A DNA stretch of 63,424 bases, counting the filler, from Folioceros fuciformis (Eukaryota), in NCBI GenBank assembly GCA_049999805.1. It is 5 parts of 5 records of this genome, joined end to end, with 100 filler letters (N's around TTAATTAATTAA, not from the genome) between each part and the next. Parts side by side here need not be neighbours in the genome. Positions count along the whole stretch, not along the records: positions 1 to 12,952 come from JBNGIO010005157.1; positions 13,053 to 35,477 come from JBNGIO010005158.1; 3 more parts are not named here. One strand, given 5' to 3'. The notes under the pieces are model-generated. The model saw only the letters and a program-made list of their open reading frames with translations. It was not told the origin of the DNA and made no database searches. How positions within the stretch are numbered: the stretch's first letter is position 1; each line of letters begins with the position of its first letter. The translations under genes and the position numbers were made by a program. Of this stretch, positions 11,401 to 24,160 are shown in pieces.

Positions 11401-12952
11401 CTGGCGTGGGCTATGACGACACATTCAGTCCAGTGGTGAAGTTGAACACTTTGCGAATATTCGTAGCACTTGCTGCAGTAAACAACTTGGAACTTGAACA
11501 GTTAGACGTGACGACAGCATTCCTATACAGGAACTCCAGGAGGAGATCTTCATGCAGGTCCCCGCAGGAGTCGCAGTACCTGCACACATACCACGTCCAG
11601 TTTATAAGCTCCAGAAGACAATAAATGGACTAAAGCAAAGTCCTTGGGCATGGTATGAAAGGATACACACTTACCTCACAGAGCATGGGTATGCAGGCCT
11701 CCATGCTGACAGCAATGTGTATGTGAAAAAGGAAGGCACAAGTTTTCTGGCTCTTGCCATTTATGTAGATGATATCATTGTGCTTAGCAACTCCGTGCGG
11801 ATGATACATGAGCTCAAAGAGCACCTGCGAAGAGCCTTCAAGATCATAGAGGCCGGCGCATTAGCATATTGCCTAGGTATGCAACTACTCCGAAATCGTG
11901 GTGAGGGCACCATCTTCCTGCATCAGCATAAGTACCCACTGCAAATTCTGAACAGGTATGGCATGATGCACTGCAAACCTGTTGCAACCCCAGTTGAACA
12001 AAACGTGAAGTATATTCAGCAAGTGGGAGCAGTACCTAAAGAGGATGCACAGTATGTTGAGCAGTACACATCAGAAAACGGGAGTGTGATGCACCTTATG
12101 ATTGGGAGCAGACCTGACCTGGCCTACACTTCAAGCATGACCACCAGATTTGTGTCCAACCCTAATAGAGCACACCAAGACCTAATGACAAGGGTCTACA
12201 GGTACATTTCTGGAACAACAGATTGGGGGATCCTGTATAGCACCAAGGCAAAGAAGGCCCTGCACCTGACAGTGTACAGCGATGCAGACTGGGGTGGTGA
12301 CCCAGACAGCCGCAAAAGTATATCTAGCTACGTGACAATCTTGGCAGGTGGCGCAATTTCATGGGGTAGTAGAAAACAATCCACCATAGCATTGTCCTCT
12401 ACAGAAGCTAAGTACAAGAGCTTGACCGAGGCTTGCAAGGAGGTTACCTGGTCAGTGGGAGCATTGAGGGGGCTGGGCATAGCGCAAGACCTTCCAATAG
12501 ACTTGCTATGCGACAATCAAAGCGCAATAGCAATGACAATGAATCCACGCTTCCACGCCAGGACTAAACACATCGGAATTGAGCACCACTACATCCGCGA
12601 AATCGTAGCTCAAGGCCTGGTAAGGATCCTGTACTGCCCCACTGAGTCGATGACAGCAGACATTCTGACGAAGGCACTCGGGCGCATCAAGCACTATGAG
12701 CATGCGAGTGGAATGGGGATGCGATCTGCAGGCAAGGAGCTGCGATGGAGCACAATGGCGGAACGAAGAGCGAGCTAGGAAGCCGAAGATTGAAGACTGA
12801 AGAGCTTCTTTCTAGTTAGGGCTGACGAGTTTCTTACTAGCATGCAAGTTTCTTTAGTTAGGTTTTGCGTTTCTTTAGCTAATAAACGATAAACAAATAT
12901 AAAAAATTATACATCCTAACTCTAGACCTGAGTGGGAGTGTTAATATAGGGG

Positions 12953-13052
12953 NNNNNNNNNNNNNNNNNNNNNNNNNNNNNNNNNNNNNNNNNNNNTTAA
13001 TTAATTAANNNNNNNNNNNNNNNNNNNNNNNNNNNNNNNNNNNNNNNNNNNN
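12953..13052. other. Artificial contig linker
   Basis: N44-TTAATTAATTAA-N44; the 12-mer has stop codons in all six frames. Confidence 0.98.
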
Positions 13053-13597
13053 CTTGTGTGATTGCTGGGAAGGAAAAAAAAAGAGTTTGTGTATTGGCTA
13101 GCTAAGAAAATACGAAATGTGGGGATTTTGAGAGTGGATACCCTAACCAATATGATTTTTATGGTGTCTTCCCAGCATGGTGTGATCTCATGTTTGTTGT
13201 TACATGAGCGAGTTGTTGGGTAGGAAAGACTCCCTCCCAAATCCACGTATCGTGGAAAGGCTTGTGGCGAGGCGTGACGAGGGTTGCAGGCAGCCCGAAT
13301 TGTCCTCCATGGCTGGCGAGGGTGCTGAAAGCTGTGGCGCCTGCTTGATTGCGTCCTACCGTGGTCCACGTTCCAATCAGTCCGGAGCCTCATATGGTGC
13401 GTTGCAGTCTTGCCTTGCTTCCAAACTTTGTGGTTTACCTGAATCGCGATTGTACCGCGGGCGTGAGGCCTGGTATGACATGGGCGTCGCAAAACGCTGG
13501 AGAGCAGTGGAAGCAGGCATAGAGCGGGTTACCGTCGGCAATCGATGATTGCACAGTCCTGTTGTGAAGCAAGAGGCGACTCGGCAGACCAGCTATC

Positions 13598-16500
13598 ATG
13601 GGAGTCAGTCGCGTCGCACTTGTCGGGATGGAGTGCAAGTTCCTCACAGACGAGTGCGTCAAGGAGTTGAAGGCATCCAACAGTCCCCGAAAGCTTCAGC
13701 TGACTGTGGCGCCTGCTCGATTCGTGTACGAGCTTTGCTGGACAGTGGTGAGGAATGAATGGCTGTGCCCTTGTCCGCTCCGCTCCTCTCCGCTCCGCTT
13801 GCGTAGCTGCTTTCGTCCCGTAGTCTGGATGTTGGCAACGCCGAATGCTGCCCAGGTTTTGCTCACTCATGGCTCGCAGGTCCGAGGGGAATTGCCTTCA
13901 TCCAAATGCCGATTGGCTCTGGATGCAGTAGATCTTACGAATGTGAGCGTAAGGGATGACACTGCATCGCTTCTTGCTGACACCATTGCCCACATGGGTC
14001 AGGAGGTCGGTAGTGTTTCTTGGCAATATTGATGATTTTGTTTCATGTGTATGGCCATCTGGCTTTAGTGATGGAACTGATTTATTGGATTGGCAATGCA
14101 GCTTGTGCAGGCTGGAGATCTGAGAAGTCGATTGATTGAGCTGGTGAGGAACGATCCGATGTCCGTCCAAGTGCCTCATGGGTTTTGCAAGGTTTTAGAC
14201 GTTTGATTTGTGAGCCAAGGATTCTCCCCTAATCTAAGCTTGTAATCTATCTTGTTTCCAGGCTAAGTGGCTTGTGGACGCGTCTCTGCTTCCTGTTCGG
14301 TTACTCCAGGAGCGGTGCGAGGTGACTTGACTGCCTCACGACTTCGACAGTTCATTCTTTGGTGCTCACAACTTGTGGAGCGGTTGTTGATTGAGGGCTG
14401 CACGTGCTTCTCTGTGGACAGGCAGAATTTCTATACGAGGCTGAGATGATCAAAATCAAGGCACCTGATATGAAAGCAAAGGAGGTTGGATATTTCAAGT
14501 AACACGTTACTTCCACTTTGCATGCTTACGAAGGTCAAGCATTTTCACTTCTCTCGTGCCGTTCTTACAGGTTAGAGTGAACACTAGATTGCTGTACCAG
14601 CAAACCAAATTCAATCTTTTGCGTGAAGAGACTGAAGGCTATGCAAAGCTGGTAAATCCATCTCCACCGCTCTTTCGAGGAGTTGGAGTTGAATGGAAGG
14701 CAGTTAAACTTCAGTTTATTGTGTAAATCACAGGTAACTCTGCTCACTCAAGGAGGTCCTGATGGGTTAACTTCGAAGACAGCTCCCACTGTGATCAGCA
14801 CTATCAAGGTAAGTGCTGTTGCTCAATTCTCATTTGGCCTCACGTTTTGTTGTTCTGTATATAAACTCTATTGGTACTCATGCCTGATTTCGTGGGTGTC
14901 CAGTCCTTGATTGGCCATTTTGACCTGGATCCGAACCGTGTCTTCGATATTGTGAGTTGGTGAACTCGAACTTGGAGGCTGCACATGCAGTTATTTTGGC
15001 AGTATTGTTTGTGTATTGCTGTATCTCAAGAGTGTACCTTTTGGTCAGGTGTTCTAAGACACGCCCTCACAACCTTTCAGGTGTTGGAGTGTTTTGAGTT
15101 GCAGCCAGACAATGATGCCTTTCTTGAGCTCATTCCCCTTTTTCCGAAGGTGATTCTGTGGTTCTTTCTTCAGCAGTTGCAAACTCCTCATTTCTTCAAC
15201 TACTTGTAAGCAAGTAATTTGTTGGTAACTCCTCTGCGAGAGGAGTGGGCCAATGATGCTACTAACCTACTCTTCTGATGAATTTACAGTCTCACATATC
15301 TCACATCCTTGGGTTCAAGTTCCAGTTCTATAATCGTCCAGAAGTTGAGGGCCCTGTGCCGGATGGATTGTTCAGGCTGGCAGCAACCCTTGTCAAGGAG
15401 AAGTTCATAGATCTGGATAGCATGTAGGTCTTAAAATGGCTCTACATGGGAACAGGGAGAGCTGTATGGTCTTTGTATTGAGTTCGGTGCTGAGATGTCT
15501 TGTTACTTGCTCATTAGATATGCCCATTTGCTACCCCCTGATGAAGAGGCTTTTGAGCAGTATGAGGAGACATCGAAAAAGCGCATGGAGGAGGTAAGCC
15601 ATCTCATTTGGCCAGGATTTTTCAGAATGCTTGTGTGTTGTAGTCAGCTTGCTTTACCATTTCCATGCTGTGTGCAGGCCAATAAGATAGGGAAAATAAA
15701 TCTTGCAGCGATTGGGCGGGACTTGATGGAGGAAGAGAAAGCAGGTGATGTCACAATTGACTTGTACGCTGCATTAGACATGGAGCAGGAGGCAGTTGCA
15801 GAGCGAGCCCAAGAACTATTGCTCAACCAAAAGTTGGGGCTTCTCAAAGGATTTCTTTGTGTTGACGATTGGTACGTAGCTGAAGTTTTTTCCTTTTCCT
15901 TTTTCTTTTGAGGGTATTATCTCAGCTGCTCAATGACGGAATTTGGTTGGTTCCACTTAGGAGTTTCACAATGTTTGAGCTAGCAAAATGAAATGAATCC
16001 AGTGAACAGTAGCATAGCTTGGTGTTCTGCATGCGAGTGTGTTGATTTGTTTGCTTTTGGCAGGGCTGATGCTTATGTTTTGTTTGAGAGGTTGGCTCGG
16101 CTCAACCCTGTGGCTCACCCTACAATTTCTGCGGGGATTCTGAGGTAGTCTTGTTAAAGCTTGACAGTTTCAAGCATATTGGGTTTTTTGGTTTGTCAAA
16201 AATTGCTGACTTTATTGACAAATGCTGAATGTCTATCTCTACGGAGAACTGACAGGATACCCTCATGGAATTGACCAGGGCCATTGAGAAGGCGATAGCA
16301 CCTTATTGTCCTACACCAGTCAAGGGTTCTTTTACAGGGAAGTCTACTGGCTACGCAAATTCAAATGGAAATGTTGATGTGAGGAGGAGGGGTCCATTGA
16401 ATATCGGCAAGGAGGTCTTCCAGATGCTATCCTGCATTGGTGCTTACCTTCATCGAGATCCAATTTTGCTGCAAAAAGTAAGTCGTAGTAGGTACTGTAC

Positions 16501-19500
16501 TGCAGGATTACGCTGGTCCAATCAATAACTGTGGTTGTCATTGCTTTGACCAGGTTTGTCGTGTGCTAAGAGCATACTACTCTGCAGCTCTGGCTGCTGT
16601 ACAACTTTACATTCCAAGTGCAAATGTGAATGAAAGTGGAGACATGGAGCGGAAGCGACTAGCATTGAAGGAGGCTAGAATCAGGGTTGAAGATGCACTA
16701 GGTTCTTGTCTTCTTCCGTCTTTGCAGCTTGTGCCAGCAAACCCAGCTGTTGGACTGGAAATTTGGGAAGTCATGAGTCTTCTACCGTACGAGGTCAGAT
16801 AAATGTTACAAGAGGCATAAACCTTTGTTCTGAACATCATGTGAAAGTTTGGACTTGATTTCCATGTAGTCCTCACTCTTTGATCATAGGTCCGTTATCG
16901 ACTTTATGGTGAGTGGGAGAAAGAGGACGAGCAAGCACCTATGCTACTGGCAGCAAGACAGACTGCTCGGGTGTGTTTCTACATGAGCAAATTCTTTGCA
17001 TGATTTGAGTCATTAGTTGTGAGTTCAAGTATTGCTCCACTAGTTCTTGTCGGGATGTGCACGTCTGGTTGGGCTGGGGATAATGCTGACACGTTGTTAT
17101 GTGATGGCATGGACTTATATAAGCTTGATACAAGGCGAATTCTTAAAAGGCTTGCCAAAGAAAATCTGAAGCAGCTGGGACGTATGGTTGCAAAAATTGC
17201 TCACGCAAATCCGATGACTGTTCTTAGGACAATTGTCCACCAGGTGGGAACTTTGTACAGAGGTCCTGGGTGTAGGAATTAGGACTCATGTCACGACTAG
17301 CTAAATTTCTCGAAATGTCTCTGTCTGATGCAGATAGAAGCCTATAAAGACATGATAGCTCCGGTGGTTGATGCGTTCAAATTCTTAACTCAGGTTTGCT
17401 GCTTCGCAGTTGTCCAAGTTGTTCATGGTTGCTGAAGCAGGCCCCATGTTAGGTCAACCCATGGTTGTAGCAGGCAGCTGATCTTTCTTGTTGGTCTGTT
17501 ACAGCTGGAGTATGATATCTTGGAATATGTTGTTATTGAACGTTTGGTACAAGCTGGCCGTGAAAAAATCAAGGAGGATGGTCTGAATGTTTCTGACTGG
17601 CTTCAGTCTCTTGCCTCGTTTTGGGGTCATCTGTGAGTTTCTGGGCTCTGTAACCCTTGTGCTCAATGATTATAAAGATGGAAATGTTGTGATGGATGTC
17701 TTCTTATCAAAGCTGTGTGGTATGTTTATGAACAGGTGCAAAAAGTACCCGTCAATGGAGTTGAGAGGTCTATTTCAGTATCTTGTGAATCAGTTGAAGA
17801 AGGGAGAAGGGTTGGAACTTGTTCTGTTGCAGGTACTCCTTGATGTCATGGTCTGGTCCTTGTTGGGTGATGACTTGGCAGTAACCTCAAGTTGAGAGTT
17901 TGACGTTTGTGAAAGGTCATGAGTGATCCCTTGTGCTGTTCGAGGATACAGGAGCTGATTCAGCAAATGGCGAGTGTGGAGTTTACCGAGAATATGACTG
18001 AGGACCAACTTGAGGCAATAGCTGGCGGCGAGGCTTTGCGGTATCAAGCTACTGCATTTGGTGTCACTCGAAACAATAAAGTGATCAATCATTCATAACC
18101 AATGCATGTTTTAAGTTTTGAGCCTTGACAACGTGAAATTTTGATTGTGCTAGTTTGTGCTACTGATTCCATTTGAGATTTGTGTGTTTCTGTTCTGTTA
18201 TTGTCCTGAACATGAATTTCTTGCTTATTGCTGCAGGCACTGTTGAAGTCAACCAATAGGTTAAGGGATTCTTTGCTGTCGAAAGAAGAACCAAAACTGG
18301 CAGTACCGCTGCTATTGCTAATCGCACAGCACAGAACAATGTAAGTTGATTGCCTGGACAACCTAGCTTTGCTGATCTGATTGGCGTCGGTGCCAGGTGG
18401 TGTCTAATTTAAAGCAATCTTCCAGAGTGGTTGTGAATGCGGATGTGCCTCATATAAAGATGGTCAGTGAGCAATACGACCGGTGCCATGGTATTCTTCT
18501 CCAATATGTTGAGTTTTTGACTAGTGCAGTCACTCCAGTGACATCATATGCGCAGCTCATCCCCACTTTGGATGATCTGGTGCACAAGTATCATATTGAA
18601 CCAGAGGTATGTGTTGAAAGAGGCAGTTTGCTGTTCCCTTTCATCAAGGTGATTGATGGTGTGATACAATTGCTTCGTGTGGAATTGCAGGTTGCTTTCC
18701 TCGTTTATCGACCCATTATGCGCCTATTCAAACCAAGCAAAAATTCTAGCTTGGCATGGCCTTGCGATACATCTAAGTTGTCTCTGGATCTTGAGAAGGA
18801 ACAATCTGGGGATGCGTTGGCCAGCAAGGATCTGGTTCTTGATCTTGGACCACATAAGAAGACCATCACGTAACCACCTTTGCACAAGCTATTTGTGCGT
18901 TTGTGGCTGTCCCGTAAATTTTGTTTTACTGGGAGTCAATGCATTGATTGTCCCAAACACAATTTTAGAGGTCTACAAAACAACAACCTTGATGTCGGTG
19001 CCTACTTGCAACAAGACACAGTTCTTCTGACAAGCTACTGATGCGCGTATGTGGTTTGGTTGCTCTACAGTTGGTCAGAACTTATGGGAACAGTTAATTC
19101 CATGTTACCTGCCAAAGCATGGAACAGCCTTTCACCAGAGCTGTATGCAACATTTTGGGGGCTTACTCTGCATGACTTATATGTTCCTCAAAAGCGGTAT
19201 GAAGCCGAAATTGCAAAGCAGCGTGCGGCTTTAAAAGTTCTGGAAGAGAATGCCGACAACTCAAATTCTGCTGTTGTGAGAAGGAAGAAGGAGAAAGAGA
19301 AAATACAGGAGATTCTGGATAGGCTGAAAGCAGAGTCTGTGAAGCAAGAGCAGAACATGGCATCTGTACATGCGAGAATGCTTTTAGAGAAAGATTCTTG
19401 GCTGACGTCTTGTCCTGATTCATTGAAAATCAACATGGAGTTCTTGCAACGCTGCATCTTTCCTCGATGTGTGTTTAGCATGATGGATGCAGTATATTGT

Positions 19501-22500
19501 GCCAGATTTGTGTACAAGCTCCATTCGATGGAAACCCCTTTTTTCAACACAGTAAAACACATTGACGTTCTCATATGTAAGACTCTCCAACCAATGATTT
19601 CTTCCTGCACTGAATTCGAAGCGGGCAGGCTGGGGAGGTTCTTGTATGAGACTCTGAAAATGGCGTACTACTGGAAGGTAAGACTTTCTGAAGGGCCTTC
19701 TACCAGCATTGCTGAACCGTTTGTCAGCTGCTATCTTACCTGTAGCTTTTTCGCGACTGACATCTGTTTGATTTGGCGTATTGCAGAGCTCTGAAGCGAT
19801 ATATGACCAAGAGTGCGGAAACAAACCTGGTTTTGCAGTACTTTACCGAGACCCAAACAGTGCAAGGGTGACTTATGCGCAATACATCAAGGTGAGTGTT
19901 ATTCAATCTATGTGGTCCAGCTCAGTTTGCAATACTGCGCCCTCCAATGGTGGCGTGACAGCAGTATGTGGCTTCTTGTGGACCTTGCTGGTCATGTAAG
20001 GCTGTGATTTTCTAATGCCTCAGGTACACTGGAAGTGGAGCTCACGCCTCACGAGGCTCATTATCCAGTGTCTGGAGTCAATGGAGTACATGGAAATTCG
20101 GAATGCTCTAACCGTGCTAACCAAAATATCCAGTGTGTTCCCGGTTATGAAGAAGAGTGGTCTCAACATTGAGAGAAGGGTTGGTATCTCTCGTAGTAAC
20201 TTCCTTTCAGCTGGAACGTACCCTTGTTCCTGACTGTGAACCCTGTTGACTACACGTGAGCAGGTCAGTAAAATTAAGGGAGATGAAAGAGAGGATCTGA
20301 AGGTTCTTGCCATAGGGGTCACAGCAGCTCTTGCAACCCGCAAGGTTGGAACTCCACTGGAAAGCCTCACACCTCTCTCTTTTGAAGTGCCCTTTTGTGG
20401 TTACTGATGGATGCTTGTTCCAGAACGCATGGGTCACAGAGGAAGATTTTGGGATGGGTTACATCGATAGCAAGACAAATGCGTCTCCTGCCAAAGCTCT
20501 AGTGGCAAACACTGCACCTCCTAGCTCGTCAACACCTCCTGGGCCGTCGTCAATAGCAGGAACAAATGCTAATTCTGGAGTTGAGATGTTGAACACAATA
20601 TCTATGCCCTCTACAGAACTGGCGGTAGAGGATGCTCCTACAGAACCTTCTTCTGGTAGGTCAGACATACCAGCGGCTTCGTTGAAGTCAGACCTCACCC
20701 GCTCGACTTCAGCACCCTCTAGGCCGTCATCAGTGATTGGTGAAACAAAGGTCTCATCAGGCTTGGCATCTCCCGCAGCTCCGTCAGCTTCCAAAGCTCC
20801 TTCGGCAAGCTCTTTCAGGGCTGGTACTGAGGGAGTTGTGAGGACAGGTCCTCCGCCGGCCCATGGTGGGAAAGGGGAGGAGCCCATCAGACAGGCCATC
20901 AAAGGGACGCCAGAAACGGAGGTACTTGTTCAATTTATAAAGCGGATTTCAGTCACGTGTAAAATCGGGACTAGAAAGGCGGTAACCTCTTGCACGGAGT
21001 GCATGTGGTAAGACACCGTCTTTTGGTCATATGTTGTCCTGATCTCGTTTGCATATGGCAGGTCCGTTCTCAGGTTCGACGGTCATCTCAGGTTACTAAT
21101 GCCTCCCCACATGGGGCAGGCGGGAGAGCAATCAAGTCTGAGCTTTCAAAACAGGAGGCTGCACCTTCCACTTCTGAAGGGGCTTCCTTCGTCCTTGCAC
21201 AAGTGCCAGGCGATAGAGACCCTGCAGTGCGTTCCCTGGACCAAGGACGAAGAGGGGGTGGAGCCTCATCGACCAGCAATGGCGCTTCGAATGTGGCTGT
21301 TGCAACTGTCAAAGCTCCAAGCGTGTTACCCAGAAGTGGGTCTGACAGAGGAGCTCAAGATTCGTTTGGGAGATCCAGTCGGGTGCCAGGTGAACATATT
21401 TCCAGGTCTGAATCCGTGGTGAAAGGAGATGTTGGAGGTAGTAGACTGTCAGATGGCAAAGGGGTTGCCGATCGGGAAAGGTTTGATGGTCACGACCTAG
21501 GTCGTAGTCACACTCCGTCAAAATCACCAGCACGAAGGGAGGAAAATTCTAGAGTTACAGATGAATTAGGCAAGGACAGGGCAGGGAAGCGTGCAGTGGT
21601 ATTAGAGGAAACTGAGCGGTTGAACAAGCGGAGGAAAGGTGATGTAGGTGATGGTGAGATGCGATTGGGAGACAGGGAACGAGGGTCAGAGAGAATGGTT
21701 GATGCACAAAGATCAGTGGAGCGTGATAGGTTAAGCTATGAGGAAAGGTCATTTGATCGGTTGAGGGATGACAGGCCAAGGGACAGGTCCTTAGAGCGAG
21801 CTAGGGATAGGGTAGTGGAAAGAGTTGAGAGGGATTATAGAGGATTAGATCGTCCGGTTGATAAATTAGATAGGGATAGAGGTGATGAGCATGTTGAGCG
21901 GTTAAGGGACAGGTCCACAGAAAGGTTTGGTGGAGAGAGGGGGCTTGAGAGGTCTACAGAGCGGGGTTTTGATCGAGGTGTTGACAGGCTCAGAGATGAG
22001 AGGGTAAAAGATGAGAGGACGCGGATAAGATTATCCAGTGACCAACCCTTGATTAACGACCGCTACACTCCGTCTTACTCTGTGGCCAGTATTGCTCCTC
22101 CACACCCATCGCCCGTCCTTTCCCACATTGCGCCCCTGTCAATTTCTGGGAATCGTGCTGACGATGACATGGAGCGCAGGATGAGAAGTTTGCAGAGAAT
22201 GTCACCGCCGAGGGAAGATAAAAGGAGAGCAGATGAAAGTTTACGTCTGCAGAGAATCTCTCCGTCCAGAGACGACAAGAGGAGAGCAGATGAGAGTTTG
22301 ATGACGGTCATGGATGAATCCAAGAGGCGAAGGGAAGAGGAATTAAGGGAGCGAAAACGAGACGACAGGGAATTGGTGGTGAAGGTATGCAAATAGGTAG
22401 CTTTCTGTGAGTTGAGTTGTGGTTGGACACGTGCAAGTGTGACAGGTTTGCTTTGGTCTGTGATGTGAAAATTGTGCAGTCCGAAAAAGAAAGGGAGCGA

Positions 22501-22948
22501 GAGAAAGAAAAGGCACTCCTTCTGAAAGAGGAGGCAGATGGAGCGTCAAAACGTAGAAGACTGAAGCGAGGGGACACTGCGTCAACAGATGTTCCTCCCA
22601 GCTTCGGGCCACCACCAGGACCAGTCTCAGCGGCAGTTCCACCAGTGTATGACGGGAGAGACCGAGATCGGAAAGGTGGGGGTATGCCACGAAATATTTA
22701 TATGGAGGAGGCAGCGTACGAGAAAGGGCTGAGTGGGCGGGGCCATAGTAAGGAGGGCGGGGCGAAGCTGGGCAGACGAGAACATGAGTATCCTTATCCT
22801 TGGTGCTTGCCATTTGGTTTGACCGGTGCTTGCTTGCGTGTGACGATGAATTTCCCTTCACAAGAAGTACAGGATGTTTGACAGGGATTGGGAGGAAGAT
22901 AAGAGACAACAAAGAGGGGACATGAAGCGGCGGCACCACCGGAAATAG
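13598..22948 (+). CDS. THO2: THO complex subunit 2, many exons
   Basis: VRVNTRLLYQQTKFNLLREETEGYAKL, LIGHFDLDPNRVFD, DTRRILKRLAKEN, LYATFWGLTLHDLYVP, FLQRCIFPRC, EYMEIRNAL, an RD/RE-rich tail, and a final exon MFDRDWEEDKRQQRGDMKRRHHRK* (TAG 22946-22948). Confidence 0.96.
22788..22872 (+). other. U12-type (minor spliceosome) GT-AG intron, last intron of THO2
   Basis: Donor GTATCCTT; branch-like TTCCCTTCAC at 22852-22861, about 11 nt before the 3' end; no polypyrimidine tract after it; splicing keeps the frame (GA|G ATG). Confidence 0.85.
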
Positions 22949-24160
22949 CGGCGTTGGAAAATGGACGAATGACAACTCTAGACACCATCCGTAGTTGTGT
23001 GAAAGGGGTTGCATGGCGTTTGTTTCCGCAACGTGCGTGTGTTTGTTGCTGGCACCGACGTTGAAGGAGACGAAGACCCAATCCACGCCGCCCGCTGACA
23101 GCTCCCACCAGGGGTCCTCGGACACAGGTTGAGGAGTAAGACAGAGAAGAAGAAGGGCCTGTGTATTATAGGGTATGGGTCCGAGCTTGGAGTCCTACCG
23201 TAGGACCCCAATCTCTCCCTGAGAGGATTGTCGGCGTCTCTCGGCAGGGCCCCTGGCCTCGGGCTTCGGACGTTGAACTGCTTGCCTTTGACAGTAGTGG
23301 ATTTGTCGTCCGCGAAGTTGTGGACCTCTGTTCCCGCCAGCTGGGTGGAACTCGCGGAGTGCGTGATGACTTTCCTGATGTATGACACCGCCCGCCCACC
23401 CACCCACCGACCGACTGCGCCCTACCGACGCACAGTGATGTTGACAGCGAGTCGTGACGGACACGGTGCTTTCCCATACAACTACACGTTTAGGCACAAT
23501 TGCACATAAGTACATGACCTCTTGTCGAAGCTGGATTGCGGTTGGGACAGGCGGTTTCGATGGACTTGACGTGTGGAAGAGTTTTGAGGACGACGTATAT
23601 ACTTTTTCCCCCTTGAGAGAAAGCCAGTACTCATGGTCCGACCATGGGTAATGCTGAGAGCGAGTAAGTACGTCTTTGTTTTGTCTTGCATTGTAAAGGT
23701 GTAAGATCCCTATCTATGTATCATTTAAGTTGTTAACAAGAATATTTAATATTATAAATTATTTGTGATTTTAAAATTTAATCTTGACTTGCTGACCTGA
23801 GTATTGGAAGCTGATCTTGAGTCGCATCTAGTAGCTACATATATTGCTATGCCTATGGCACGTTCCGAGTATATGGTGAAGGTGTGGAATGGGTTTGGTG
23901 GCTAAGGGGCGTGGCGCTACGCGGCGGGACGCGCGCTCGCAGGCTGAGTTCCAATTTGGATTGAGGGTCGACGCAGGTCACTGAATTAGCATCCCTCCCC
24001 CGGGCCCGTGTGGCTGCAGCGCAGAATGCTCGTGGCGGAACGGATCCACGACATGTTTGCGGGGGGAGTAAGTGGTTGAGAGGTCAGGCAACCAGGACTT
24101 GAATCGCGATTCGGGATTCGCGAATCTAAATCCTGAATCCGAGTCTTCCGTAGGCGTGGC

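Larger units (their letters stand above)
8272..12952 (+). mobile_element. Degenerate Ty1/copia LTR retrotransposon; 3' LTR runs into the gap
   Basis: 5' LTR about 8272-8446 ending in TCA; PBS at 8447; gag from 9276; integrase (IDD...QSDNGGEF...PQQNGVAE, GYK); RT (YKARLVAKGYSQ, YVDD); RNase H (YSDADW, CDNQSAI, ADILTK); PPT TGAGTGGGAG; then TGTTAATATAGGGG at 12939, matching the 5' LTR start. Several stops and frameshifts. Confidence 0.95.

Noticed and set aside
12997..13008. Recurrent TTAATTAATTAA palindrome (four copies in the window)
   Set aside because: Always centred in 44+44 Ns, so it is an assembly linker and not biology. It also means gene clustering across these gaps cannot be claimed.
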